Positions 38,398 through 57,269 of a DNA stretch of 64,000 nt are shown piece by piece. The number at the start of each line of letters is the position of its first letter. Positions within the stretch are counted from its first letter, which is position 1. Origin of the DNA: Eledone cirrhosa (Eukaryota); NCBI GenBank assembly GCA_964016885.1, contig OZ024753.1:36146001-36210000 (forward strand). Reading direction: 5' to 3'. A program made the translations under genes and the position numbers. The notes beneath the pieces are model-generated. The model had not been told where the DNA came from, did no database searches, and saw only the letters and a program-made list of their open reading frames with translations.

Positions 38398-38568
38398 CTA
38401 GTATGAAGTCCGTCACGCGTGTGCTGTATTCCAGAGTTAAGGAGACATCGATTCTACTTAATCAATATATACACAGACACACACACACCATATCGAACAA
38501 ATATTTTTTTTTTTTAAGAATCGTGCATAATTTTTACTTCTGTTTGTGTAAAAATGTTGTTACGAGAC

Positions 38569-38671
<103 letters not shown>

Positions 38672-38962
38672 TATTTGTGCGTCTATGTTTATGTTTCGTA
38701 ACACAACAGCTTGACAAAAGGAGATCGAAAAAATATGTACGAGTTTTAAAAAAAGTAAACAGTTTGTCGGCTAAATTAAGGCGTTGCCCCAGCACGTCGC
38801 AGTTTACCAACCAAAACAAGGATATTAGTAAAAGAATATGCATATGTGTATATGTATATATATATATATTGATAAACACATCTATGTTGGTGTGCGTGTT
38901 TGTAATTAATAATCGCTACGTTTCGCTGAGTCGATTCCGGTTTTTGTTTTCATATTCACCTT

Positions 38963-38976
38963 GTCGCTAAGGCAAC
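38963..38976 (+). promoter_or_regulatory. RFX X-box at the predicted CCDC103 promoter
   Basis: GTCGCTAAGGCAAC fits the 14-bp X-box palindrome (GTTGCCATGGCAAC-like). Forkhead-type sites lie at 38755-38761 (GTAAACA) and 38992-38998 (TGTTTAC). Confidence 0.65.
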
Positions 38977-38979
38977 CAC

Positions 38980-39068
38980 CACACATTGTCATGTTTACAG
39001 AGTTGAATGAGTTGTTACCTGTGTATATATTGTTTCAGTGCAAACGTCTCGTTTAACACATGATTAAG
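38980..39068 (+). other. CCDC103: Predicted non-coding first exon of CCDC103 (start approximate)
   Basis: Strong donor AAG|GTATGT at 39068/39069 just after the X-box. The ATG at 42292 directly follows a splice acceptor, so an upstream exon is expected. Confidence 0.5.
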
Positions 39069-39107
39069 GTATGTTAACATCCTGGCTGTATTATGTGTGT
39101 ATCTGTC

Positions 39108-39188
<81 letters not shown>

Positions 39189-39373
39189 ATAATGATTATG
39201 AAGACCAAACTCCGAAGAAGTTAACTTTGCCTTTCATCCTTACGGGGTCGATAAAATAAAGTACCAGTAATGCACTGGGTAATTGCTGGCCTTGTGCCTA
39301 ACGTAGAAACAATTATATATATATATATATATATTTATATACTCGTAGTGCAAATATTTAATCTGTATTAATA

Positions 39374-39406
<33 letters not shown>

Positions 39407-39598
39407 GGGGGAGGTGAAAGTGCATGGCGTAGTGGTAAGGGTGTTGTGCAGTTGATCATAACATTGTGGATTCGATTCTTGGCTCAGGTTGTGTTGTGTT
39501 CTTGAGTAAAAACACTTCATTTCATCACGTGGCTCCATTATAGCTGCGATGGGCTGGCATCCTGACCAGGAAGAAGTTTTGTACTATCATTTGCTTAA

Positions 39599-39630
<32 letters not shown>

Positions 39631-39633
39631 ATA

Positions 39634-41425
39634 ATCATCATCAGCATCATCACCGTTTTACGTCCGTTCTTCCACGCTAGCATGGGTTAGACGAGTTGTC
39701 CTTTAGTGGGCAGTGTCCGGTCGGCTGACCATGCCTTGTTCATACGGGAACTGATTTTGGCTTGATTTCTACAGCTGGATGCCATTCCTAACACCAACCT
39801 CATTTACAGTGAGTGCTGGGTGCTTTTGTTCCGTGGCGCCTACACGACCACTTTACAGTGTGGGCTGGGTGCTTTTTTGCCGTGGCACCTCCACAATCCT
39901 GGGAGGGCGTGGGGGCAAATTGTCTATATGCTTCAGCTTCGGCTTGTACCCCTGGCGGGGGGGGGGGGTCATCTGTATTACTGCGTGACGCCAGAGGTCA
40001 CGGTCGTGTGTCATCGCCTTTGAGAGGTGTAATTGGGTAAGGTCGGCTTTTATCACCTCATCCCAGGTCTTCTTGGGTCTCCCCACTCCGCGGTTTCCAT
40101 CGACTTCTAGTGCTCTGCACCTTTTTATGCAGCTGTCATCCTTCATACGCATCACATGTCCATACCAACGCAACCGCCTCTCCTGCACACAGCATTTGAT
40201 TCCTCTTATGCTCAGTCTCTCTCTCAATTCATTTATTCTTTGCCGTTCGCGTATATTACTATTACACATCCATCGGAGAATGCAGGCTTCATTTCTTTCT
40301 AATCTATGCAAGTCTTCCACAGTCAGCGCCTAGGTCTTACTACCATGTAACATTGCTGTTCGTATACACCCATCATACAGTCTGCCTTTCATTTTTAGGG
40401 AAAAGCTTTTTGCAGCTAGCAGTGGCAGTAGCTCCCTGAACTTCTTCCATCCCGTTCTTACCCTAGTTATTGTACTTTCCGAACACCCACCTCCGCTGCT
40501 AATTCGGTCATCTAGGTAGCAGAAGCTGTCTACTGTTTCTACTGAGCCCTTCCAGAGATTGCTGGTACTTCTTTCCTGTGGCTGTTTGCTGCTTGCTGTC
40601 CCAGCACAGCTGCTACATGTTAAGCCTACATTCTTAGTTAAGCTTCCTGAGATCCCGCTACATCTCTTGTGTACCCATTGTTTGCATTTGGGGCAGAGAA
40701 TGGAGTTCCTACCTACACCTTTCCTACATACTGAGATGCCATTTCCCTGAGGGGATCTGTGTTCTGTTTTCTCGTCTACTTACAAGGACCTTAGTCTTTG
40801 TCACGTTGACTTTGAGACCCTTTCTTTCTAGTCCCTGCTTCCAAGTTTGGAATTTCTTCTCTAGTTCTACCATAGATTCAGCTATAAGTGCAAGGTCATC
40901 TGCTTACAGGAGTTATTGCCTGCAGGACTATGATGAATAGAAGAGGGCTAAGAACAGCCCTGGTGGACACCGACCTGTACGCTAAATTCCTCACTATACT
41001 CATTGCTAATGCTAACTTTGCTGACTGTTCCCCTATACATGGCTTGTACAGCTTTCACAAGCCATTCATCTACTCCTAGTTTTCTAAGAGCTCACCAGAT
41101 TATAGCACGGGGAACTCTGTCAAAGGCTTTCTCGAGATCGACGAATGCCTGGTAGAGTGGCTTACTTTTAGCTAGGTACTTTTCCTGTAACTGCCTCACA
41201 AGGAAGAGGGCATCAGTGGTGCCTCTTCCTGGCACAAACCCAAATTGCATCTCATCTAGTTTCACCTGGTCCCTAATCAACTGGACTATAACTCTTTCTG
41301 TTACTTTCATGACCTGGTCCATCAGCTTTATACCTCTATAGTTTCCTCTATCTAGTGCATCACCTTTACCTTTGTAGCAGTTGTCAATGATGCTACTGCA
41401 CCAATCCTTTGGTATGACACCTTCT
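39634..41425 (-). mobile_element. RTE-clade LINE, 5'-truncated and degenerate
   Basis: NYRGIKLMDQVMK...QFGFVPGRGTTDA...AFVDLEKAFDRV, ADDLAL, a Cys-rich insert (CRKGVGRNSILCPKCKQWVHKRC), RRLRWYGHV...GRPKKTW and an (ATG)n tail. Confidence 0.92.
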
Positions 41426-42291
41426 AGTATATATATATTAGGAACGATCGACTTTCGTCAAATCGGACCGAGGGAACAATGTTTCCGTTGGTCTTTCCAA
41501 TTGCTAATACTATCTATCGGTCGCAACTCCAGGTAGAAGGAGCAACGTGAAATAAAGTGTCTTGCTCAAGGACATAACGCATCGCCTGGTCCAGGAATCG
41601 AACTCACAACCTTACAATTGCGAATCCAATTCTCTAACCACTCAGCCACATGCCTTTTTCTATATATATATATATAGTATATATATATATATAGTGTATA
41701 TATATATATAGAGAGAGAGCATCAAGTAACATGCTTAGTGACATGTGGTTACTCTCCTTTATGTTCTGAGGTCAAATCCCAACAAGTTTAGCTTTGCCTG
41801 TCATCCTTACTGAGTCAATAAATTTAATTGACTTTGTCCTCCCCAAAAATTGTTGGCCTGGTGCCTAATTGTACCTATGTTCTGAGGTCAAATGCTGGTG
41901 AGTTTAGCTTTGCAGAATCCTCTTTCTAAGGTCAATAAAATATAGTACCAATAACAAACTGGAATTGATTTAAACTGGCCAGAATTCTCTCACTTCTTTC
42001 TGTTCAAACCACTTGTAACCAGCTTCTCATACTGATTTTAAGGTATTGTTCTCAAAATAAATAATATCAAAATCTCATAGATTCAATATTATGTGAGATA
42101 ATTATGTGAGGTAAAGCATTTACCGTCAAAATATAATAGTGAATATAGAATAATGTAAATGCTAAAGGGTTAATCAACTTTCCCCTTGCCTTCAAATTGC
42201 TGGCCTTGTGCCAAAAGTTGAGTTACCATTATACTTGTCTCTAAATGTCTTTTTTTATTTATTTGTTTTATCCCCCACCCCTCTCCTGCAG

Positions 42292-42440
42292 ATGTCTTCT
42301 TATGACACAGACATCTTAGACTTAAAATGTTTGGATAAAGAACTAAAGAGGGCCGTGGAACAAGATGAAAAATACTGGAGGGAAAATGATGCCAAATTTA
42401 GAGCCTTGAAACAGAACGTTGCAAGTTACGAGGAATTTAG
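42292..42440 (+). CDS. CCDC103: CCDC103/DNAAF19 dynein assembly factor, coding exon 1
   Basis: CCTGCAG|ATG; [50 protein letters not shown] resembles human ...[37 protein letters not shown]; donor AG|GTAATT, phase 2. Confidence 0.95.
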
Positions 42441-44007
42441 GTAATTATACTCTATGCCTTTATTACAGATTTTACAGGCAAAACCAACTTGCAGGAGACC
42501 CAGGGTAGATGGACTTCGAACAAGATGGTTGGATAACATCCATGAGCTCGGTTGGTCTTGCTTGGGGATCCAACTGGATTAGTCGGAGATGGTTGCTTCT
42601 GACAGGACACACTGGAAGGAGTGTTGCGGGGTCAATAAAATAAAATACCAGTGATGCACTGCACTGGGGTCAATTTAATTGACTTCCCCTCTCCCCCAAA
42701 ATTGTTGGCCTTGTGCTGTGCCTAAATCAGAAACTATTATTCTCTTCAACCCTATCATCATCATCATTATTATCATCACTTCCTCCACCCCAAAGCAATA
42801 CCTTTGTCCAGGGCCCAGAGATCCAAGAAAGGGGCTGTCACCTCACCCTTAAAATACAATCTAGCCCTTTTGAATTTGGAGAGGAACCCCTTTTTTTGGC
42901 TGCGGGGTTCAAAAGCATTTCTTCATCCATCTTGTAAAATGTCCCTCTTGTCTGAGGCACTCTCTTTGATCATACGTCTGATAAAATAGGTCTGACCTGG
43001 GGTTAACCCCCCCTCCCCCACTACATTTTATTAGTTTTGTTTGTATTATTTGTAATTTTTTTTTTAATATGCTATGTGATGAATCCAATATGGCAATATG
43101 GAGAGTTGTGTGATAACACCATTCCATACACCTTACCAACACCACCACCAACCAACACCATCAACACTACTACCACCACCTCCATTAACACCATCACCTC
43201 CACTGTCACTACTACCACTACCAAACCATCACTAAAATCACCATCACCTCCGCTCCCACCACAGCCACCAACAACACCACTACCCTCCCTATTACCCCCC
43301 CCCCCCCCCAATAACAATACTATAGATAAGGATAGTGAAGCAACTTCTCTTGTTACAAATTACATATATTAATATTGAAGCCATTAAAACACTCTTTGCT
43401 GTCTCTTCGTGACATATCTGGACATCTTGATCCATTCCAACTGACATGTCTTCTTACAGATAAAAACTAATATTAAACTCTACATAGATACATTGTTTTG
43501 ATTATATATATATCGTTTTAATTAATCTTATATATAATAGAAGGAAGATGCGGTAGAGGAAGACCACGAAAAACATGGGCGGAGGTGGTGAGAGCAGACC
43601 TCAGATCCCTGAAACTCACGGAGGAGATGACGAAGGAGCGTGACAAGTGGGGAGATGCTGTGCTGAATAGGACCCGTCCCACCCTTGCAAGCAGGGAAAA
43701 GCGGACGTAAAATGATGATGATGATATATATATATGTGTATATATCATTGTTTTAATTAATCATATATATATATGATTAATACATATTAAGGTATAGAGA
43801 AGACTGCGTTGGTATGGCTTCGTGATGCACATGGATCAAGACCGCTGGAAAAAGAAGTGCCAAGTAATCCCAGTGGAAGGAAGATGCAGTAGAGGAAGAC
43901 TACAGAGAACATGGGCGTAGGTGGTGAGAGCTGACCTTAGATTGCTGAATATCTCAGAGGAGATGATGAAGGATCATAACAAATGGAGAGATGATGTGCT
44001 GAAGATG

Positions 44008-44330
44008 TTTTGATTAATCATATATATATATAATTTTTTTGATTAATTATAGATATATATATATATATATATAATTTTTTTTGATTAATTATATATATAT
44101 ATATATATAATTTTTTTGATTAATTATATATATATATATATATAATTTTTTGATTAATTATATATATATATATATATAATTTTTTTGATTAATTATAGGT
44201 ATATATATATATATAAATTTTTTGATTAATTATATATATATATATATATATATAAATTTTTTGATTAATTATATATATATATATATATATAAATTTTTTG
44301 ATTAATTATATATATATATAATTTTTTTGA

Positions 44331-44366
<36 letters not shown>

Positions 44367-44430
44367 TTTTTGATTAATTATATATATATATATATATATA
44401 AATTTTTTGATTAATTATATATGTATATAT
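44008..44430. repeat. Compound minisatellite (T)nGATTAATTA(TA)n
   Basis: About a dozen units with variable TA length. Confidence 0.9.
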
Positions 44431-44704
44431 ATCATTATCCTTTACGTTCTGAGTTCAAATCCCGCCGAGATTAACTTTGCCTTTCATTCTTACGGGGTCA
44501 ATACAATAAAGCACCAGTAATACACTGAGGTAATTACTGGCCTTGTGCCAAAAGTAGAAACAATTATTTTGAATAATCATATTCTGTCTAACCCATGCTA
44601 GCATGGCAAATGGACGTTAAATGATGATAATGATGATACAAATTATATTAGACTGATTGGTGCAATAGCAGTCTTATTTACGTATATATACAAATGGCTG
44701 CCTC

Positions 44705-46262
44705 TGCAAGACTATTCACAGGCAAACAAGCTTTTCTTAGAGTAGGAGATGATGATGGGTTAGCTGGTGTAGGCCTTCTACGAGTTGAGAAATTGATAGA
44801 TAATGTGATAGAGGTAGTTAGAGTGACAGAGCTTAGAGTAGTTGTAGGCAATAGAATGGTGACATTTACATCTACCTATGCCCCACAGGCTGGACTGAGT
44901 AAAGAACAATTGGACCGTTTCTATGAGGAACTTTTACTGACAACCTCAATTACCGATGACAAAGATCTCATCATCTTGGCAGGTGACAGCATCGGGATGG
45001 ATTCACTGGAGTTCACAGTGGATATGGTTATGGCTCAAGAAATGAAGAAGGAGTGAAGCTCCTGGAATTCTGTGATGCAAATGAACTAACCATTTGCAAC
45101 ACTAACTTTAGGGAAAACCCGACAGCCACCTAATCACCTACCAAGCCAGATTGATTTCTTACTTGTACACTCCACCGCCGCACCCTACCCCATCCTCCCT
45201 CTCTCGTTCCGTCCACTGTGTCGATGACACAACAGTCCACACTGTAAGGTGGCCATGTAGGAGACATGGTGAAAAGGCTCCCAGTCCACACTGTAAATGT
45301 GGTTGGTGTTAGGAAAGGCATCCAGCTGTAAAAAACCTGCCAGAGACGCTTCCGTGCGAGTGAGACATGGTTTCCCGACCATTCCCGCATCAAATGGAAC
45401 AAAACTGTCTAACCCATGCCAGCGTGGAAGATGGATGTTAAACGATGATGATGATGATGATGATGAGATAGGTAGATGGTTATAAATGCTAAGACCTTCC
45501 CCAGAGAAGAATATGCCACCCAACACAATTAGTTATTAGTGACATCAGAATAAATACAAGATGGAACAAGATACGTGGGAAAATATGGAGACAGAGTATG
45601 AAAACTAAAGGACTTTTCTGTTAAATATAAGTTTAGAAAGGCCCTACAGGATGGATATGATGAGAGGGGAGATGAGTTAAATACATATGACATAGAGGAC
45701 AATTAAAAAATTCTTATGTGACAACCTATTGTGAACTACTGACAAGACTTATGGCTGGAGCAAAGCACCAGCCAGACAGAGAGTGATCTGGTGGTGGAAC
45801 AGAACAGTGGATAGAGCCATTAAGGCCAAGAGTCAGGCGAGGAATGACTGAAAAAAAAGAGGGGGGGGTAGCAGAGAGCAATATCAGGTAGCTAAGAGAG
45901 AAGCTAGATGACAAGTATACACAGCATGGAAAGAGGCTGAAAGAAGAAAGTTTGCCTGTGACCTGTGGCATAAGGATCAGAAGATGTGAGGCGTTCCACA
46001 TTGCAAGGCAGTGTATCAGTGTGAATCAGGTTGTTGTTGGGGAAAAAGTGTGTTAGAAATGACACCGGTGCACTTAGCACCACTGATGTTCAAAAGAAAG
46101 AGGCTTGGAAATGTTACTTTGAGAGGTTGATGAATGTAGAGAAGGAATGGGAAGAAGAGAGACCACCCATAACTGGCTCAACAGAGGGACCAGCTATTGA
46201 GATTGACAGTTATAGGGTCAAAGAAGCAACCAAGGAGAGGAAGAATGGTAAACAGCAGGACT
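44705..46262 (+). mobile_element. Fragmented RTE LINE (APE endonuclease, interposed 3' UTR piece, pre-RT region)
   Basis: GVGLL...STYAPQAGL...LIILAGD, RNEEGVKLLEFCDANELTICNTNF, WWWN..VDRAI and EAWKCYFERLMNVE. Confidence 0.8.
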
Positions 46263-46294
46263 GTCAGAGATACATGCACACACACACACACACA

Positions 46295-46338
<44 letters not shown>

Positions 46339-46828
46339 TCACACATTCAAACATATATATATATATACAATCAGATTCAAACACACACATATACAGTTGC
46401 ACATATGCCTATACTCACTGTCTTTTGCACATATGCATTCATACACATACATACACCAGATGCACACACAAACACATTCACCACACACACAAACCACCAA
46501 CACACACACACACACACAATTCAGTTCTCAAGTTGTCTTATTTTAAATGTTTCCAGTCATTTCCCTGTCTCATGATATTCCTTTAATTCTCACTTTTTAA
46601 CTTTCTCACAATTTATTTTTCTTTGGAGGAGTTTTTTTCTAAATCTATTTATTGTTGTTGTTATTGGTACTGCTGTTGTTGTTGTTATTATCGTTGTAGT
46701 TGTCACTGTTGTCAGTGTTGTTATTGCTGTTATTGTGACTGCCTGTCTTTGTATTGTCCCCTACATGACTGCCATTGTGGCTAATAAATGAAATCATTAT
46801 GACTATTGTTATTGCCACTGTTATTGTT

Positions 46829-46893
<65 letters not shown>

Positions 46894-47129
46894 TTCTCTC
46901 TCTCTTACCAAACCAAAAGAAACTTGTCTACCACATTGGTTTACCTGTATCTGGTTTAACAGGGTGCTTTAGTCACCTCAACCCACCTCATGTTTCATGA
47001 AGGTATATAGTAGTTAGGGAGAATAATTTAGTTCAGGTGTAAATATTAAGTGACCTAAGGAAATACCACCACCACTACTACTACTACTACTACAAGAGGT
47101 ATTTTTTGCCTTCTTGTCATGTGTGTGTA

Positions 47130-47133
47130 TAGG

Positions 47134-47172
<39 letters not shown>

Positions 47173-47237
47173 CACACATATATATATCATTATAAGTTGG
47201 GTTTTTCATAGTTCTTATATACACACACACAGATATA

Positions 47238-47273
<36 letters not shown>

Positions 47274-47591
47274 AGTATATTATATATATATATATATATA
47301 TATTTATACATACACACACATATATATATCATCATTATAAGTTGGGTTTTTCATAGTTCTTATATACACACACAGATATATATATGTGTGTATATATATA
47401 TATTTATACATACACACACATATATATATCATCATAATAAGTTGGGTTTTTCATAGTTCTTATATACACACACACAGATATATATATATATAAGTATATT
47501 ATATATATATATATTTATACATACACACACATATATATCATCATTATAAGTTGGGTTTTTCATAGTTCTTATATACACACACACAGATATA

Positions 47592-47631
<40 letters not shown>

Positions 47632-47811
47632 CATACACACACATATATATATCATCATTATAAGTTGGGTTTTTCATAGTTCTTATATACACACACACAG
47701 ATATATATACGTGTATATATATATATATATTTATACATACACACATATATATCATCATTATAAGTTGGGTTTTTCATAGTTCTTATATACACACACACAT
47801 ATATATATAAG

Positions 47812-47852
<41 letters not shown>

Positions 47853-47928
47853 CATACACACATATATATATATATCATCATTATAAGTTGGGTTTTTCAT
47901 AGTTCTTATATACACACACACAGATATA

Positions 47929-47970
<42 letters not shown>

Positions 47971-48120
47971 TATATTATATATATATATATTTATATATAT
48001 ATAAGTATATTATATATATATATATTTATACATACACACACACATATATATCATCATAAGTTGGGTTTTTCATAGTTCTTATATACACACACACAGATAT
48101 ATATATTTATATATATATAC
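47130..48120. repeat. Compound minisatellite (~100-170 bp units) with core ATAAGTTGGGTTTTTCATAGTTCTT
   Basis: Eight copies of the core separated by TA/CA repeats. Confidence 0.9.
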
Positions 48121-48439
48121 CGTTTGGCTTTGCATTCTTTTTCTCCTTCCTTTGCTAGTATGTGATGGAGGTTCTATTTTTGTTGTTACACAAGTCAAAA
48201 ACTGAAATACAGCTCAAACTATTTCCATTATGTATGGCTACAATCATTTAGAAATGACTTGTACTTGGGAGGAACACAGAGAACTACCCCCTTTCAGCAT
48301 CTGGTCTGTTGCTTGTTAGATAGACAGGTGCAGGCCTGACTTACAATACAGTCATGTTTTAGCTGTCATCCTGCAGTCAATGGATGTGGAAGACCTCATT
48401 CAAGTAATCAGTTGACAGCCATGTTAACATCTTAAGGCA

Positions 48440-53030
<4,591 letters not shown>

Positions 53031-54807
53031 ATATCTGCCATGTTCTGTTAGTGTGATATAATTTCTAGGTAGCTTAATGTTTTAAAACATAAAATCTACT
53101 TGCTCTATGAAAAGATGAAATGGAAAATAAAAGCATTAAGCATTCATTTAGTATACTTTCACCATTTATTTCACATACTTTACACATTTTTTTTGTATAT
53201 TTTCAACATTTATTTAACATACTTTCCACGTTTTTTTTAGCATACTTTATGAAGCATACTTTCAACATTTATTTAGAATACATTCCAGTTTCAAAATAGT
53301 ATTTTTTGAATCCTGTATAACAGAATGCCCAGCTTTTCCAATATTTCACTATATTTTCAAAGGAACAGTAGACAATACCATGTCAAATAACATTTCTTTA
53401 ACTCTTTAACATTTAAACCGGATATATCTGGCCAGAATTCTTTCACCTCTTTCTATTCAAACCGGTCATAACTTGCCACTCATACCAATGATAAGGTATT
53501 GTTCTCAAAATATATAACATCAAAATCTCATAGCTTTGATATTATTTGAGATAAAGCCTTTACTGGGAAAATACAATAGTAAATATAGAGTAATGTAAAT
53601 GCTAAAGGGTTAAATCATTTCCCTCTTTTTTTAAAGGAATCATTATTGAAATGACATTTCTTTAAATAGTTTTATTCCACTTTCAAAGAGACAGTGGGTA
53701 ATGGTACATCTGAGTTTTGAAATGTTCCATTAACCCTGGATAATGGTACATCTGGTATTGAAATAGATACTGCAAAATATGAAATGTAGCTCGTAAACTA
53801 TATCTCCGTTATATCTATATCTGTGTTTATCTATTAAATTTCTCCTGAAGGTGAAAGTTATGGTAATGAGATGGGCTGAGAATATTGGTACCAGGTTTTG
53901 AGGTGTAGAAACTATCAAGGACAGTTGGTAATTGAGAAGTTACACTAATGAAGATGACGTTAACTGCAACAACAACAACAACAAGATAAGCTGGTGATAG
54001 TAGAACAGATAAATATCATTGTTATTATTTTGGCAGTGTCGGTAGAGCATCAGACACCATGCTTTGCAGCATAGAGTTATGGCCCTTTAAGTTCTGAGTT
54101 CAAATCCCGCCGAGGTTAACTTTGCCTTTCATCCTTACGGGGGGGTTGATAAAATAAAGCTCGAGTAATGCACTGGGGTAATTGCTGGCCTTATGCCCAA
54201 AGTAGAAACATTATTATTATTCTCCATGGTGATGGGTTGACAGAATCTTCAGAGCATTAGACAAATGCTTAACAATATTTCCGAGTTCAATTCCAGCCAA
54301 GGTTAGCTTTGCCTCTCATCCTCAAGGGGTCGATAAAATAAAGTATCACTGAGGTCGAATTAATTGACTTTCCCTTCTCCCAAATTCAGCAATATCTGTT
54401 CTAGCTTAGCATAGCAATGGTAGATTAGTTCTTTTCAAACTAGAAACACCCCTAGTAAGTGCTGTAAAGTGGTTGATGATAGGAAGGCATCCGGCCATAG
54501 AAATCTTGCCAAACAAAGAGTTGGGAGGACCCTCAGTTGTGTCAAAGACACAATAACATCTGCGCTGGTGGTGTGTTGACCGTACATAAGCAAGACACAG
54601 ATCCCTGGTCTGCCTCGCAGATCAGAGGTTCTGCTTCAGTACTGACTTGTCCAATCCTTGCTAGCAGGAAATGTGGATGTTAAAATGACGATGATGATGA
54701 TGATTTCTCTGTGTTAGGCATTCCTTCTCTTACAGATTTATTTCAGATATTTACTACTGGAGATCACTGTCATACACATGCTTTTGGTTTGTTCTGTTAT
54801 TTTACAG

Positions 54808-54949
54808 GGACATTGTGGAAGCATCTCATCTGAAGCCACTTGACAAAGAAGACAAGGCCTCAATGAAATTCAATCAACCGTGGAACGTATTTGCTAAATC
54901 TTCTGGTTGTCCGCAAACTGAAACGACTTGTAAGCAAACAGAGACCCAC
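54808..54949 (+). CDS. CCDC103: CCDC103 coding exon 2
   Basis: TTTTACAG acceptor; (R)DIVEASHLKPLDKEDKASMKFNQPWN versus human GIVLASHLKPLERKDK...PWN; donor CAC|GTGAGT, phase 0. Confidence 0.95.
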
Positions 54950-55306
54950 GTGAGTTTCATTCTCCTCTTAGTACTACTATCATCATCACCATCCTTTCTT
55001 CCACCAACATATATAATTTCTTCTAAAGAAGGAGAGAGAGGAAATGAGAAAGAGATATAGAAGAAGAATTCACCCCCAGTACTAGACTGGTCCTTCTTTT
55101 ATCGACCTCAAAAGGATGAAATGTAAAGTTGACCTTCGTGGGGTTTGAACTCACAGTGCAGAGAGTTAGAATGAATACAGCAAAGCATTTTATCCAACGT
55201 TCCAATGGCTCTGTTAATTTGGCATTTTTAAAAATATACTTAAAAAAAAAAGAAAAAAAGAGCTTTTGATTGGGCTTTTAAAATTTGTATCTTATTTTTT
55301 TTCCAG

Positions 55307-55795
55307 GGTTCCATTAAAGTACCAAAGACTTCTCATGAATTTGTGAGGGAATGGTGCCACCTTAAGAATTCCAAGTCAGACCAATACGAGATGCTTATGT
55401 TGACAACTTCTGAGAAATTAGCTGTTCTGTTTAAACCAGAAATACCCAATGGACTTTTGGGAGAAATCTTGTGTGTTCTTGAAGAATATTATTCTAAAGA
55501 GAAGTGTTTAACAACTATTGGATTCCTAGAGGTTCTTGGTCACTCCTCACGGTTTGCCCTGTGTCAACAATTTCTGAACACATATGAACTCAAACAATGT
55601 CGCATTTTGTTTGAGAAACTAAGCCCCGATATTTCCCAAAATGAAGATACTGCGTCAAAAGAAAGATTTCAGGGGTTGAAAATCAAGTATTGTATTGATG
55701 AATGTAATGACCAGTCACATGTCAAAACTCCAGTTCAGGAACCAGATTGTGGAATTACTAGACAGTGTCCTCCTACAGAGACTAGTCAAACCTGA
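55307..55795 (+). CDS. CCDC103: CCDC103 coding exon 3 (RPAP3_C-like domain, stop); total CDS 780 nt, 259 aa
   Basis: TTTTCCAG acceptor; PKTSHEFVREW...LFKPEIPNGLLGEIL...SSRFALCQQFL versus human PETSADFYRDW...LFQTDVGFGLLGELL...TGRFTLNLSLL. Confidence 0.95.
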   Translation, partial: GSIKVPKTSHEFVREWCHLKNSKSDQYEMLMLTTSEKLAVLFKPEIPNGLLGEILCVLEEYYSKEKCLTTIGFLEVLGHSSRFALCQQFLNTYELKQCRILFEKLSPDISQNEDTASKERFQGLKIKYCIDECNDQSHVKTPVQEPDCGITRQCPPTETSQT

Positions 55796-55913
55796 AAAAA
55801 TACATCAGACTCCCTCCACTTCATACTGAAATGATTTGGATGGCAAGGAGTATTACTCTATTTGGCATAATCTCAATATATCCAAGATACCTTATGGTAT
55901 TGTTCATAACCAG

Positions 55914-55968
<55 letters not shown>

Positions 55969-56085
55969 AAAGGTAAACAGAGATAAAAGTGACAAAACAA
56001 ACAGCACAGTACATGGAAGAAATATTTTAGTTTAACACTTGAAATAGCAGGAAGAGAGTCTATGTTGAAAATAATTCTAGTAAAT

Positions 56086-56113
56086 AATAAAGACTCAGAT
56101 ACATATCTTTATT
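56086..56113. terminator. Facing poly(A) signals: AATAAA on plus (56086-56091) and on minus (56113-56108)
   Basis: First downstream AATAAA for CCDC103, and an AATAAA just after the stop codon of the convergent gene. Confidence 0.5.
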
Positions 56114-56127
56114 TTGACAAATATTTT

Positions 56128-56269
56128 TTATTTGTTTTCATTGTTTTCTGTTGATGTATTCAACACTTGAGCATGATGTTCTTTTAACCATTCACTGAAT
56201 ATTCTCAAACCAAATTCTTCTCGAAGCAGATTTTGTTGTTTGTGGTTATTTCTGATTATATTATTCATC
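56128..56269 (-). CDS. Uncharacterised 113-aa protein, coding exon 3 (stop)
   Basis: Pyrimidine tract...CCATCTAG acceptor; phase 2 completes Arg, then MNNIIRNNHKQQNLLREEFGLRIFSEWLKEHHAQVLNTSTENNENK*. Confidence 0.75.
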
Positions 56270-57269
56270 CTAGATGGTAAATTTAGGAATTGAAGAAAAA
56301 AAAAAAATATCATGTTTGATGCAGGATATTGAGTAAGAAGATATGGAAGATGTGTAAGAAAAATTTAGGTGATTGTAGCCCTGCATGTTATGTAACGATA
56401 GGGCTGCCATATTGACATACAGTGTTTCTAGGGCATTTTAAAATCTGGTGGAGCCTATCTCCTCTCCAGGCCTGAATACAGTAGATTTCTTCCAGAGAAG
56501 GATAGAGAGAGTGAGTGAAAGGAAGTGAGAAAGAGATATAGAGGAAGAATTGACTCCAGTATTTGACTGGTACTTTTTTTATCGACTTCGAATGGATGAA
56601 AGGCAAAGGTGACCTTGGCGGGATTTGAACTCAGAGAGCAGAGAGCCGAAATGAATACCACAAGGCATTCTATCCGACATTCTAACGACTCTGCCAATTC
56701 ACTGCCCCTGCATGTTATAAGAAGTGACTAAAAGGGTTGGTTCCAGGAAGGGTATGTGGCTGGAAAACATTGACTAAAAAAGACCCCTTATGATGAGTAT
56801 GAAGCTTATGATGGGCCTACAAGGCTGATTTCAGCTTCAGCAGAGATAGATGACTTTAAAACACTTGTTGATGTTGTATTGTTAATCATTGACCATCGCT
56901 TGGTCTAACTCTACCATTGCATGGTCTAATAAACACCATCCAGTTCTTGGGTATATTCATCAGAGTCCACTTTGTTGTTAGCATTTAGACCAGATCTTTC
57001 TGGTTTGAGGACACCTTCATACTTTGCTCCCTTTCATCAGTCTTAGAGAAGGGTCATGGGAACAGCTCTTCTTCCCCCAACAAAGTAGTAAAAAAAGTAT
57101 TGATTAAAATAAATAGTTTTTGAGCTAATTTAATCAACAATATTATCAACAAAAGTCTTCTTCTTCGCTGACTTATTGCCGAGAGGATCCGGGGGGGGGG
57201 GGGGGGGAAGATTCCTCAAACACTCCTTCCAGTGAGTCCTGTCAGAAGCAACAGAGGTGGAGAGAATAC

